From the human T2T-CHM13v2.0 reference genome, Homo sapiens, in NCBI RefSeq assembly GCF_009914755.1, contig NC_060944.1: 64,000 nucleotides of DNA; one strand, written 5' to 3'. Under the pieces are notes generated by a model, which saw nothing but the letters and a program-made list of their open reading frames with translations, did not search any database and was not told the DNA's origin. Position 1 is the first letter of the stretch. Each line of letters starts with the position of its first letter. The position numbers and the translations under genes were made by a program. Below are positions 26,170 to 37,539 of this stretch, one piece after another.

Positions 26170-26340
26170 TCTCAGCTCTGGATGCACTTGAGCATCCCTG
26201 GCCACGTCCATGATACTGGAGCCTGGGATTCATGCACAGAGATCATGACGCCATTGGTCTGGGATGGGGTCTGGGCATTTGAGCTCCCCAGGTAAGTCTA
26301 ATATGTAGCAAGGACTAGAATAGTGGTTTTCAACCTAAGG
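26170..26340. mobile_element. MER5A/B-like
   Basis: 'attggtctgggatggggtctgggcattt...gctccccaggtaagtctaatatgtagc'. Confidence 0.6.
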
Positions 26341-26524
26341 CAGTTCTTCCCCAAGGAATGCAATGTCTGGAGACATTTTTGATTGTCACAATGGATGCGT
26401 GTGCTACTGTGTCTGTGGGTAGAGGCCGGGGCTGCTGCTAAACATCCTCTAAGCACAGGGAAGTTCCCATGATGCAAAGTTACTTGGCTCAAACTGTCAG
26501 TAATGTGGAGATAAAGGAACCCTG
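26341..26524 (+). mobile_element. MER20
   Basis: 'gcaatgtctggagacatttttgattgtcacaa...gggtagaggccggggctgctgctaaacatcct'. Confidence 0.88.
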
Positions 26525-26719
26525 GGTTAGAGGAAGCAAAGAGAAGGCCAGCTAACTGCATCCTCAGACTATGACTCTATGGCAGGTGGTGGCAGGCTGG
26601 AAGTGGAAACACACGAATGTTATACACAGGTGGCTAAATGGCTGATCACTGGAATTCACTGCTGTGGTTAAAAATGGCATTGGTAATGATCAGGGAAATG
26701 CAAATCAAAACCCCATTGA

Positions 26720-27040
<321 letters not shown>

Positions 27041-27478
27041 TAAACAATGACATATTACTTCAGACTTTTTAGGATGACAGTTACAACAAAACAAAACATA
27101 ATGAGTGTTGGCAAGGTTTTGGAGAAACTGGAACCCTTTGTGCTGTTTGTGGGGATGTAAAATGGTGCAGCCATTATGAAAAACAGCATAGAGGTTCTTC
27201 AAAAAATTAAAAATAGAACCACCATATGATCCAGCAATCCCACTTTTGGGTATTTATACAAAAAATTTGAAATCAGAATCTTGAAGAAATATTTGCACGC
27301 CTATATTCATTCAGCATTATTCACAATAGCCAAGATGTGGCAACAACCTAAATGTCATTGACAGATGAATGAATAAAGAAAATGTGGTCTCTACCTACGA
27401 TGGAATATAAATGAGCCTTAAAGAAGATGGAAATGCTTTCATATATGACATGAATAAAACCTGGGTGAAATAAGTCAG

Positions 27479-28228
<750 letters not shown>

Positions 28229-29304
28229 GTCAGACACAGAAAGACAAATACTGCATGATTCCACTTATATGAGGTATCAAAAATAATAAAACTCATAGAA
28301 GCAGAGAGTCAATAGCAGTTGCTAGAGGCTAGGGGGTGGGTGAGTGTGGAATGGGTGTGGGGAATGGGGAGCTGCTGTTCAATGGGAATAAAGTTTCAGT
28401 TAAGGTGGAAAAGTTCTAGAGACCTGTTGCAAAACATTGTGCTTATGGCTGACAATACTGTAATGTACACTTAAAAGTTTGTTAAACGGGTAGATTTCAT
28501 GTCATGTGTACTTCCTTATCACAATAAGAAAAAAATTGCATTTGATACCTTTGTAAGTTCCATGGATCCAGGTCTCCATTGTTGATAAGCTCATCCAAAA
28601 GCAAGGCAGAAGATAGGTTGTTAAAATTCTTGTTATTTTTACAGACATTCTACAGCTAAAAGCCATCAACTGTCAATCACGATGAGCAAATGCCTATTCA
28701 CATTCAAGATGAAGAACTTTTGACAATTACCATGCATCTTTATTCCTTCAGCAAGCTTTCAGAATTATTGCTTTCATTAGAGGGAAACTTGGGCCACAGC
28801 ATCACACTCCAGGAAACAGCACACCATTATTTGTGATAAGGAGAGAACAGTAGATAAGAACAAACATGCACAGACTCAGGAGAAAAGTCTCTGTGGGCTG
28901 GAGTGAACACCCGAATTGGATGCAGATCATGTGCAAGCCACCAAAGCAACAAGCACCCTCTACATCCTGCGACAAATGTTGAGTTGGTGGATTTTTGTTT
29001 GTTTGTTTAAAACCAATCACTTGATATGTTCTCATAAGCCATGCAAGAGATTGCTATCATGGATAATGAAAACAAAATGACAGGCAGATAAATTTAGTTG
29101 CTGTTGAAGAAATCTTGTGAGGTATTCTCAATAGTATAAAGATAAGGAAATCACATAATTGAAAAGAGCTGAAAACAGCATTAGCACTAGACATATAAGG
29201 AAGAGAGCAAAGAAATCAATTGGGGGATGCAGGAAAAAAAGTTCAAATAAGGCCAAGTTCTCTCTGATGGGTAAAATTGTCTACTGTGGAAGCCAGAGGG
29301 TCTA

Positions 29305-29943
29305 GTCCTCTGGTTCTCAACCTTGACTGCATAATAGAATGCCCAGGAGGGCTTTAACTGCCCCTGATGCCCACAGTGTATGTTTTCCAGACCAATACAA
29401 TCTGCAGTTCTGGGGTAGGACCAGGTAGTAATGTGTTTTAAAGCTCCCCAGGTATGATGGTTTATATTGAGTGTCAACTTGATTGGATTGAAGGATGCAA
29501 AGTATTGTTCCTGGGTGTGTCTGTGAGGGTGTTGCCAAAGGAGATTAACATTTGAGTCAGTGGACTACTAGGAAATGTAGACCCACTCTCAATTTGGGTG
29601 GGCACAACCTAATCAGCTGCCAGTGCAGCCAGAATAAAAGCAGGCAGAAGAATGTGAAAAGACTAGACTGGCTTTGCCTCCCAGCTTACATCTTTCTCCC
29701 ATGCTGGATGCTTCCTGCCCTTGAACATCAGACTCCAAGTTCTTCAGCTTTGGGACTCGGACTGGCTTCCTTCCTCTTCAGCTTGCAGATGGCCTACTAT
29801 GGGACCTCACCTTGTGATTGTGTGAGTCAATTTCCTTAATAAACTCCGCTTTATATATACATCTATCCTATTAGCTCTCTCTAGAGAACCCTGACTCATA
29901 CACCAGGGGACCCCAGTGGGCAGCCAAGTTTGAGACCCCATGG
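29305..29943. mobile_element. MER5A-like element split by MLT2A
   Basis: 'tggttctcaaccttgactgcataatagaat...aagctccccagg' resumes 'ccagggga...cagccaagtttgagacccca'. Confidence 0.75.
29453..29902 (+). mobile_element. MLT2A (HERV-L) solo LTR
   Basis: 'gagtgtcaacttgattggattgaaggatgcaaagtattg...ctagagaaccctgactcataca'; perfect TSD CCAGG (29448-52, 29903-07). Confidence 0.93.
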
Positions 29944-29959
29944 TAAGGACTGCCTCTCT

Positions 29960-30332
29960 GTACCCACTGTAGTGCAGGCATGGCAACTTGTCTTGGCTCC
30001 CATCATGATCTGCCCTTGCACCTTGAGCTACATAGAGGTACTTTATTTAGAAAGTGTTTGTGGCAAAGGCACTGGGGACAGTATTGTAAGCCCAATGGCA
30101 GTGAAGTCCAGTAGCAGCAGCGGCCCTGGTACTTGGGAGCTATCCTAATGAGAATGTCCTTGAAGTGGTTCCTGTGACACGGCTCCCCTACATTGCTGTT
30201 CATTTTCCCAGCCCTGTTCTCTAAACTTCCTCTGAATTTGGGGGACTTCCTGATTTCCTGCTAATACATTGCATTTCTGCTAAGTTCACCGGAGTTAGTT
30301 TCTGTTGCTGCAGTCAAGAACCCTTGACTGAT
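29960..30332 (+). mobile_element. LTR33/MLT-like old LTR fragment
   Basis: 3' end 'ttctgctaagttcaccggagttagtttctgttgctgcagtcaagaacccttgactga'. Confidence 0.5.
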
Positions 30333-31477
30333 TTTTTGTTGTTAAATATTTTTCTTGAAATGGACAGATTAAAAAATACCTGTTTGAGCTTCGTCCTAAG
30401 CAACGATATCCACAGTATTCCTTTAGATGTGTTAGTAAAATTTTTCTGAATATGCATTAAAATACCTACACAATTATTAGAATAAAAAAATCTCCGTATT
30501 ACCTAAAACTGTCTTGCATCCCATGGGCTCACGTGCTACCCTTTGAGAAAGGCTGAGTTATGATTCTTTTAGTGCAGAGAATAGAAAGCAGAGCTGAGTA
30601 GCTTCAGCCAAATAAGGTACCGATGGAGATTTCTTATAAAACGAAGGAAGCAGCCTTGAGCAGTGCAGTCACAAGGGACCTAGGGACTTAGCGAGGGTTG
30701 TATCCCTTTCCTCTCAAAGAGTTCTCAACAGTGTAACTTAATTCCAGTATGTCCCTTTGAAACTTGCAAACACTGGGCAGGAAGAGATTCAGCTGTGGCC
30801 AGGAGGGGCTGATCATGGAGTGTAGACAGCTGCTGAGGGCCCCAGTCCATGATGGTGGTGGAGGGGGCAGTTCAAGGGAAGGGTCATTGCTTTAAGCAAG
30901 GTAACCACCAGAAGAGGTGCCTTCCACGTTATAAGAATATACACATAAACTGGGATAGGCTGTAAATCAGGCAGGTTATGTTCAATTGCTAGTGACAAAA
31001 AACCCAAATTTTTCTGACTTAAGCCAAAAAAAAGTTCCTTTATTGCCTCAGAAAGTTGGACTGTCTAGGAATGAGAACCAGCCTGAGTCATTGCTGAATC
31101 CAGGGCTCCAATGATGATGCGAGGCCTGGTCTTGGTCTTGCTTCTCTTCTTCTTTCTCTCTCTTCTCTGTATTTTTTGCGTTCTCTGCTGGGTTTTATCC
31201 CCCTGACAGCCCCAGCAGTTCTGGGATTATCTGCCATCCTTAGAGACAGCCATTTCAGGGCCAGGAGTGTTTCTCTTCAGTAGTTTTAGCAACAGTCCTG
31301 GGAGAGACTCCCATTGGTTGGGCAGAAATAATATGCTCATTAATATGCTCATCCATGAACCAACCATTGTGGCCTTGGGAGGCTTGAACTGCACTGATTG
31401 GCCAGGTGTGAGCTAAGTGCCTACCCTGGATGGACTGGAGGTGGAGTCATTCTCCATCAAACCACATAGGCTAGGGT

Positions 31478-31715
31478 CATGAATGAGCTAGTAAATCTTG
31501 AACAACTGACTCTGAGTATGGAGGTAGGAAACATTTTAGCATTTGCCAATTTCCCTCTGTAAATTCTGCCACAATGGCTGATTTCAAACTCTCCACATAA
31601 TATCAAATGACTTAGGAAGTTCCTGGTTTCTAAGTCATTTGAAATTATGTGAAGAGTTTGAAATCAGCTCATGTTTCCACAATGAGCTGTGTGAGTTGGC
31701 TCCAGCATTGCACTG
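31478..31715. mobile_element. MER63-type hAT-Blackjack MITE containing a long inverted repeat
   Basis: 'gctagtaaat...aacaactgactct...tagcatttgccaatttcc...atggctgatttcaa...ggctccagcattgcactg'. Confidence 0.75.
31577..31668. repeat. Inverted repeat, 42-bp arms, 8-nt loop
   Basis: Arms 31577-31618 and 31627-31668 complementary at 39/42. Confidence 0.97.
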
Positions 31716-31914
31716 GCTGAGACCAAGGGAGAGGTAGTTCCTTCAAGAAAATCATCATTCTAGTACCAGCACTGGAATATTCGGTAATTGATGTGGGGCA
31801 GATAAAACCAACAGATACCTGCTACAGAATGTAGTGAAGCTTCCATTTATTTTGTGAAAGACCTCTTGAGTGTTTATTCTCATAAAAGTGCTAAGAATTA
31901 TGTTCTAGAAGAGA

Positions 31915-32960
31915 GAATTCATTGACCCTTCACCAAACATTTATTACCTACCAAGGACAGATGCCACCTCAATTTTGGAACACATAACTGAACTCATTCT
32001 CTAGTATGGGAAGCCAATATGTACCAAGAGCTTGTAGGACACATGGTAGGTGCCATCATAGAGGACACATGGTATAAAGGAGGGAGTAGGCAACATATAT
32101 GGAAAAGGGGTGACTTCTAGGGAATGTTTCACAAAGCAGGACTTATTTGTGCTGGATCTAGAAGGATGAGTGGGAATTTGTCAGACTGTTCACAACAGGT
32201 GGTGTATTAGTCTGTTTTCATGCTGCTAATAAAGACATACCCAAGACTGGGTAATTTATACAGGAAAGAGGTTTAATGGACTCACAGTTCTACATGTCTT
32301 GGGGGCCTCACAATCATGGCAGAAGGCAAGGAAGAGCAAGTCATGTCTTACGTGGATGGCAGCAGGCAAAGGGAGAACTTGGGCAGGGAAACTTCCCCTT
32401 ATAAAACCATCAGATCTCATGAGACTTCTTCACTATCATGAGAACTGCATGGAAAAGACCTGCCCCCATGACTCAGTTACCTCCCACTGGGACCCTCCCA
32501 CAACATGGGAATTTTGGGAGCTACAATTCAAGATGAGATTTGGGTGGCGACACAGCTACACCATACAGGTGGGAAAGGGTGGAGGATGCCAGGCTGAGCA
32601 TTTTCAGAGTCATAGGGGAGTGAAATAGCTCTAAGTGGCTTCAGATGAATGTAGGTGGGAGGTAGTCCAGGGCTGAATCTTGCATAAAGTTTTAAGGATG
32701 TTGGATTTTATCCTTCTGGCTTGGAGTGAACAAAGCGTTTCAAGCAGGGAAAAGGATCACTATCACACTGGTATTTTAGAATAATCTCTCCAGCAGTTGT
32801 GTAGGGAATTGATTCTAGAGAAGGGACACCAAAAACAAGGAAATTAGTCAGAATTCAGGTAAGAGAAGGTGGGAAGAGCAAGGAGGTAGAAAGGAATCAA
32901 CGCGGTGGCCAATTGGGTGTGAGGGAAAGAGGTGAATTCAGGAGAGCTCTTGCTGCTCGG
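31915..32960 (-). mobile_element. L2 (split by THE1)
   Basis: 'tcaccaaacatttatt','ctagaaggatgagtgggaatttg','ggatgttggattttatcct...tttcaagcaggga'. Confidence 0.7.
32203..32567 (-). mobile_element. THE1 (B/C) solo LTR
   Basis: tgtattagtc...accataca; perfect TSD GGTGG (32198-202, 32568-72). Confidence 0.94.
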
Positions 32961-33394
32961 ATCCGAGAGTGGCTTTAACCCATTGGGAAGGACAGGCTTA
33001 TACATAGGAGAGAAACTTAAAATCTACATTGCAAAGAAGTGAGACCTTAGATTAATATCATACATGAAAATAACTGGTGGTCAGAAAGGAGGGATATTAA
33101 CTCAAGAAAATTCATGAAAGAGGCAGAATGGGAGATGCACTTTCACTACCAGAGGTTGCAATTGATGGTGAACCAGAGACTTCAGTGCAGATATTGTGCC
33201 CACACTTTAACTTCTGTGTCCAGGGCTCAAACGATAATACTAGGATTCAATCTTTCTAAACTCTTACCCCCTCTCTCCCTTTTTCCCTATGGTGCTTTCA
33301 CTCCCAGCCAGACATGGACTCTCTCCAGAGAAAAAGAAAAAAATAAAAAAGCTTCCCTTTTTCTGGAGAAAGGGGATCAGAGAGTCAGTTTTTG

Positions 33395-35198
33395 AGATGT
33401 TGCCAATTTGGAAGTATATTTATTCTATATTTCACAACTGAGCAATAATTTTAACTAGCTATGGAATTCTTGGTTGGAAAGAAGTACTTTTGCATTAGTA
33501 TTTTGAAGAAATGTATTTATTGTCTTCAATTTCCAGCATAACTGTTATGATGTGTGATGATGCTACTATAAACCTTTTAAAAACATTTAACCCTCTGGAA
33601 AGTTTTTAAAATTTGAAATTTCATGATGATAGAAATAAATATGGGACTTTCCTCACTCACTGAGCTGGGTAATTGTTGGATTCTTGAAGCTAGTTTTCTT
33701 AGGTTTGGGAACATTTTCTTGGAAAATTTCTATGTTACTTTCCTTTTTTATTTTTAATTTTTGTTACTGTTATTTTCTAAAATTATTATTTGGGTGTTGT
33801 ATCTTTACTTTTTCTTTTAATATTTTAGTCTTCCATTATTCATCTCTTTTTCCTCTGTTCTACTTTCTGGAAAAGTTCTCACCATCATCTTCCAAACTGT
33901 CTTTTGAACTTTCAAAAAGTGATTTGTTGTCCTTTGAATGTTCCTTCTTAGACATTTTATTCATGAATGTTCTATCTCTCTGAAGATGTTTAGCATTTTT
34001 TATTTTTTTTGTAATATCTTTGTTTCTTCCAAGTTGCTTTTTCCTACTGTTTTTCATCTCTGAATTTAATGTTAAGAGGTTTTGGTAAAAAACATGGTGA
34101 TGTTGGCTGGGCATGGTGGCTCATGCCTGTAATCCCAGCACTTTGGAAGGCTGAGGTGGGCAGATTACTTGAGCTCAGGAGTTCAAGACCAGCCTGGGCA
34201 ACAGGACGAAACCCGGTCTCTACAAAAAAAAAAAAAAAAAAAAAATTAGGTGGGTGTGATGGCGCTCACCTGTAGTCCCAGCTACTTGGGAGGCTGAGGT
34301 GGGAGGATCACTTGAATCCAGTGGGCAGAGGTTACGGTGAACTGTGATTGTGCCACTGCACTCCAGCCTGGGTGACAGAGTGAGACCCTGTCTGAAATAC
34401 ATATGTATATGTATTAAAATCTATAGATACATGTACATGGTGTTGCTTGGATGCCCATTTGAATTTTGAAGTGAGGCACTGAAAAGCAGACTCAGTGATT
34501 TATGTCTGGATTGATCTTGTTGACTGGTTGACCTCTTTGTGGGAGCCCTAGGTGGTGACTTGCCTGCTTCACGGAGGGAGTCCAATATATCAGTGTCTGT
34601 AGATTTTATTTTTCTTTTGGGTAGGCCAGGTTTTTGTTTTTTTTTTTTTTTTAGGAAACAGTGGATTTCCCAGTTAAGAGGGAGGTGAGTATGAACCAGG
34701 TAACCAGGACTCCCAGAAACCAGAGAAAGGAGGGTTTGAGTGTCTTTGTCAGTTGCACTTTTCATTTTCTAGTGTCCTCCAGTCCAGCCTTTCAACTCAG
34801 GTCTATTGTCTCCTCTCTGTAGGAGGAAGGTGGGGGAGAAGCTCCTTAGAATCTCTGATTTCACTCCTGTTCTTCATCCCTGACTTCAGAAATAACTGGA
34901 GCCTCCGGTTCTTGTAGCTCTCTAGGGTCCTGGGGCTTAAACTGGCTTCCTGTTCTCTTCCCACCACCCAGTCCTCAGCAGATGGGAAAACATTGAAACC
35001 TCAATCGCTTAACACTCATACATCCACTTTCTGTCTTTCAAAATTTGGCTGACATTTCTCTCCTGTCATTATTCTCCCACTCTCTTTGTCCTTGTGAATT
35101 TATACCTCTTTAGTTCCTTTACTGTCATTTCAGTGGGGTTTGGAGAAGGAGAGAAGATGAACGGGTGAATTCAAGCCACCATTTTTAACCGGAAGTCC
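33395..35198 (-). mobile_element. HAL1/old L1 5'UTR+ORF1 remnant
   Basis: T-rich ORF1-like 'tatggaattcttggttggaaa'; minus-strand 5' end acttccggttaaaaatggtggc (ETS+YY1 start). Confidence 0.65.
34105..34434 (+). mobile_element. AluJb
   Basis: Full Alu with long middle A-run. Confidence 0.92.
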
Positions 35199-35549
35199 TT
35201 TAATATCCTTCCTATTCATTTTTAATGTGTCCATCCATTCCCCGTCTCTCTTCACTGCTGTATCATACTGCTCGGACATCTTGATTGAGCTGTTCTTGAT
35301 GACTTTCTTTGAGTCTTTTCCTGTTGAGTATTTCACAAGGTCAGAATTCACGAGTGCTAAGGTCAACCCCCAAATGTGCAATAACACTGGCTTTAGGAGA
35401 GCATCTTTTCCTGGTTAACTGCTACCTGTCATCCTCACTCCATTTCTTTCCTTTCTTGTGGGAGCTGACAGAAGTGGAAAATGGGGCAAGATAGGAGGAA
35501 CTGTATTCTAGATTAAAAAAATTGCAAATGAAAGCCACATTATAGCTTT

Positions 35550-36420
35550 GTATTTTGTGGTTTTATTATATTTTGCAAGCCTTTCAATTTTTTTTACATA
35601 AAGCCTTTTGAAAAATCTCATAGTAAAATTTCCAACTGTGCAGAGGATCAGCATAATCCTCCCCAGTCTCTCTCTCCTTTAATCTTGTGCTTTTTCTCCT
35701 ATGAATTTGGTGTGCATCTTTCCATATCTTTTAAATTATGCTTGCACTAGTGTACAATCATTTATTTATTCAACAAATGGCTTTTGAGTCCCTATAATGT
35801 GCTAGGCATTGATGTAGGGACTGGCAATATGTTGGTGAACAAGACAGGCTAAATCCCTTCCCTCATGGGGATTTACATTCTAGTGGATATATAAAACTTT
35901 AAACATTCAACACATGCACACTGCCTACCCACCAGCATCACTGGCCATATCATACACAGTGATCTGTAAGATACTTTTTTTCCCACTTACCACCTAGTGT
36001 ATCTTTTCATGTTAGTACTATGGATCTTTATTTTTAATGGTTGTGCCATTTCACCATATGAATGCATCATTTATCTACTCTTCTAGTAATGATCATTTAG
36101 ATTGTTTCCAGTGTTCTGCTGTTACAAACAATGGATCAAGCATGATTTGTTCAAATATTCTCCCATTGATAGACCTTGAAGTGTTTTCAGTTTTTTTTTA
36201 TACAAACAACTTTGTAAAATCAATTTTGAACATTTAGTTTTGTACTCATATGCAAGAATATCTATAGTGTATATATTCCTATAAATAGAATATTGGAGTC
36301 AAATGGGCTGATGTTATACAGTATGAAAGCTATTGTCAAATCGTCCTCCAAAAAGTGTGAATTCATTTGTACTCCCACCAGATAGGAAGAAAAGTGCCTG
36401 GTTCTGAAAAAGGTGTTTTA
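35550..36420 (-). mobile_element. L1ME 3' fragment with nested L2 tail (~35757-35886, minus)
   Basis: 'gatcatttagattgtttccag...ctgttacaaacaatg'; L2 'ttcaacaaat...tgtgctaggcattg...ttacattctagtgg'. Confidence 0.7.
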
Positions 36421-36736
36421 GACATGTGCTGTGAACTTTTTCATTTTACCGTGTTGCATTTTCCACCATTTCCCTAGTTAATTTAAATTTGTCTGTTGCA
36501 AAACTGTGTGCTTCTAGACACTGCCTGATTTACGCCACCTGAGACTTGTTATCAGACTCCAATGGAAGTAACCAGTCTCTCAAAGAAATGTGAACATTAA
36601 AAGCTAATCATTTTTCCCTTTCCAGATCTTGAGTAAACAAGCAAAAAAAAAAAAAAAAAAAAAGAAAATCTTGGTTACAGGCCTGTCTTTGTGGCAGTCA
36701 TTTAACAAAACAAAAATATCTAAGAAAATCCCCAAA

Positions 36737-37022
36737 CTAGGTGTGGTGGCTCACTCCTGTAGTCCCAGCACTTTGGAAGGTTGAGGTGAGAGGGTCGCTT
36801 GAGGCCAGGAGTTTGAGACCAGCCTGGGCAACATAGTGAGAGACCCCATTTCTAAAAAATAAAAGCAAAAACCCAGCCAGGCATGGTGGTGTGTGCCTGT
36901 AGTTCTAGCCACTCAGAAGGCTGAGGCAGGAGGATCCTTGAGCCCAGGAGTTTGAGTCTGCAGCAAGCTATGATTGTGCCAGCCTAGGTGAAAGAGCAAA
37001 GCCCTGTTCTCCAAAAAGAAAA
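36737..37022 (+). mobile_element. AluJo/Jr
   Basis: J diagnostics; TSD aagaaaat(c/t)ccc. Confidence 0.9.
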
Positions 37023-37168
37023 TTCCCTAACAAAATGTCTATAGTCTATATATTGCCTAAATCACTTTTAATCTGTAACAAAATATTATCCTTCAGTCTC
37101 TGTTTAGAAAAGCTCAGCAAATTCTGTAAATAAGATAGTCTCTGTTCAATATGTCAATAAGCCTTTTC

Positions 37169-37524
37169 TTTCTTTCTTTCCTTCCTTCCTTCCTTCCTTC
37201 CTTCCTTCCTTCCTTCCTTCCTTCTTTCTTTCTTTTTTTTTTTTTGAGACAGAGTCTCACTCTGTTGCCCAGGCTGGAGAGCAGTGGCATGATCTCGGCT
37301 CACTGCAACCTTCACCTCCTGGGTTCAAGCACTTCTCTGTGTCAGCCTTCTGAGCAGGTGGGATTACAGGCGCCCACCACCACGCCTGGCTAATTTTTGT
37401 ATTTTTAGTAGAGACAGGGTTTCACCATCTTGGCCAGGGTAGTCTTGAACTCCTGACCTCGTGATCTACCCACCTCGGCTTCCTAAAGTGCTGGGATTAC
37501 AGGCGTGAGCCGCTGCGCCTGGCC
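37169..37524 (-). mobile_element. AluSg/Sc with (CCTT)n tail
   Basis: 'tcctgacctcgtgat'; TSD taagccttttc. Confidence 0.93.
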
Positions 37525-37539
37525 CAGTAAGCCTTTTCA

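Larger units (their letters stand above)
30968..31826 (-). mobile_element. MLT1K/L-like LTR split by MER63
   Basis: 'ttgctagtgacaaaaaacccaaa...gacttaagc...tgaaccaaccattgtggcc...ctgattggccagg', ends 'ctgctaca'. Confidence 0.7.

Noticed and set aside
33684-34114. Hydrophobic (+) and Lys/Glu-rich (-) ORFs
   Set aside because: Compositional artefact of a decayed HAL1/L1 ORF1 region; not an intact gene
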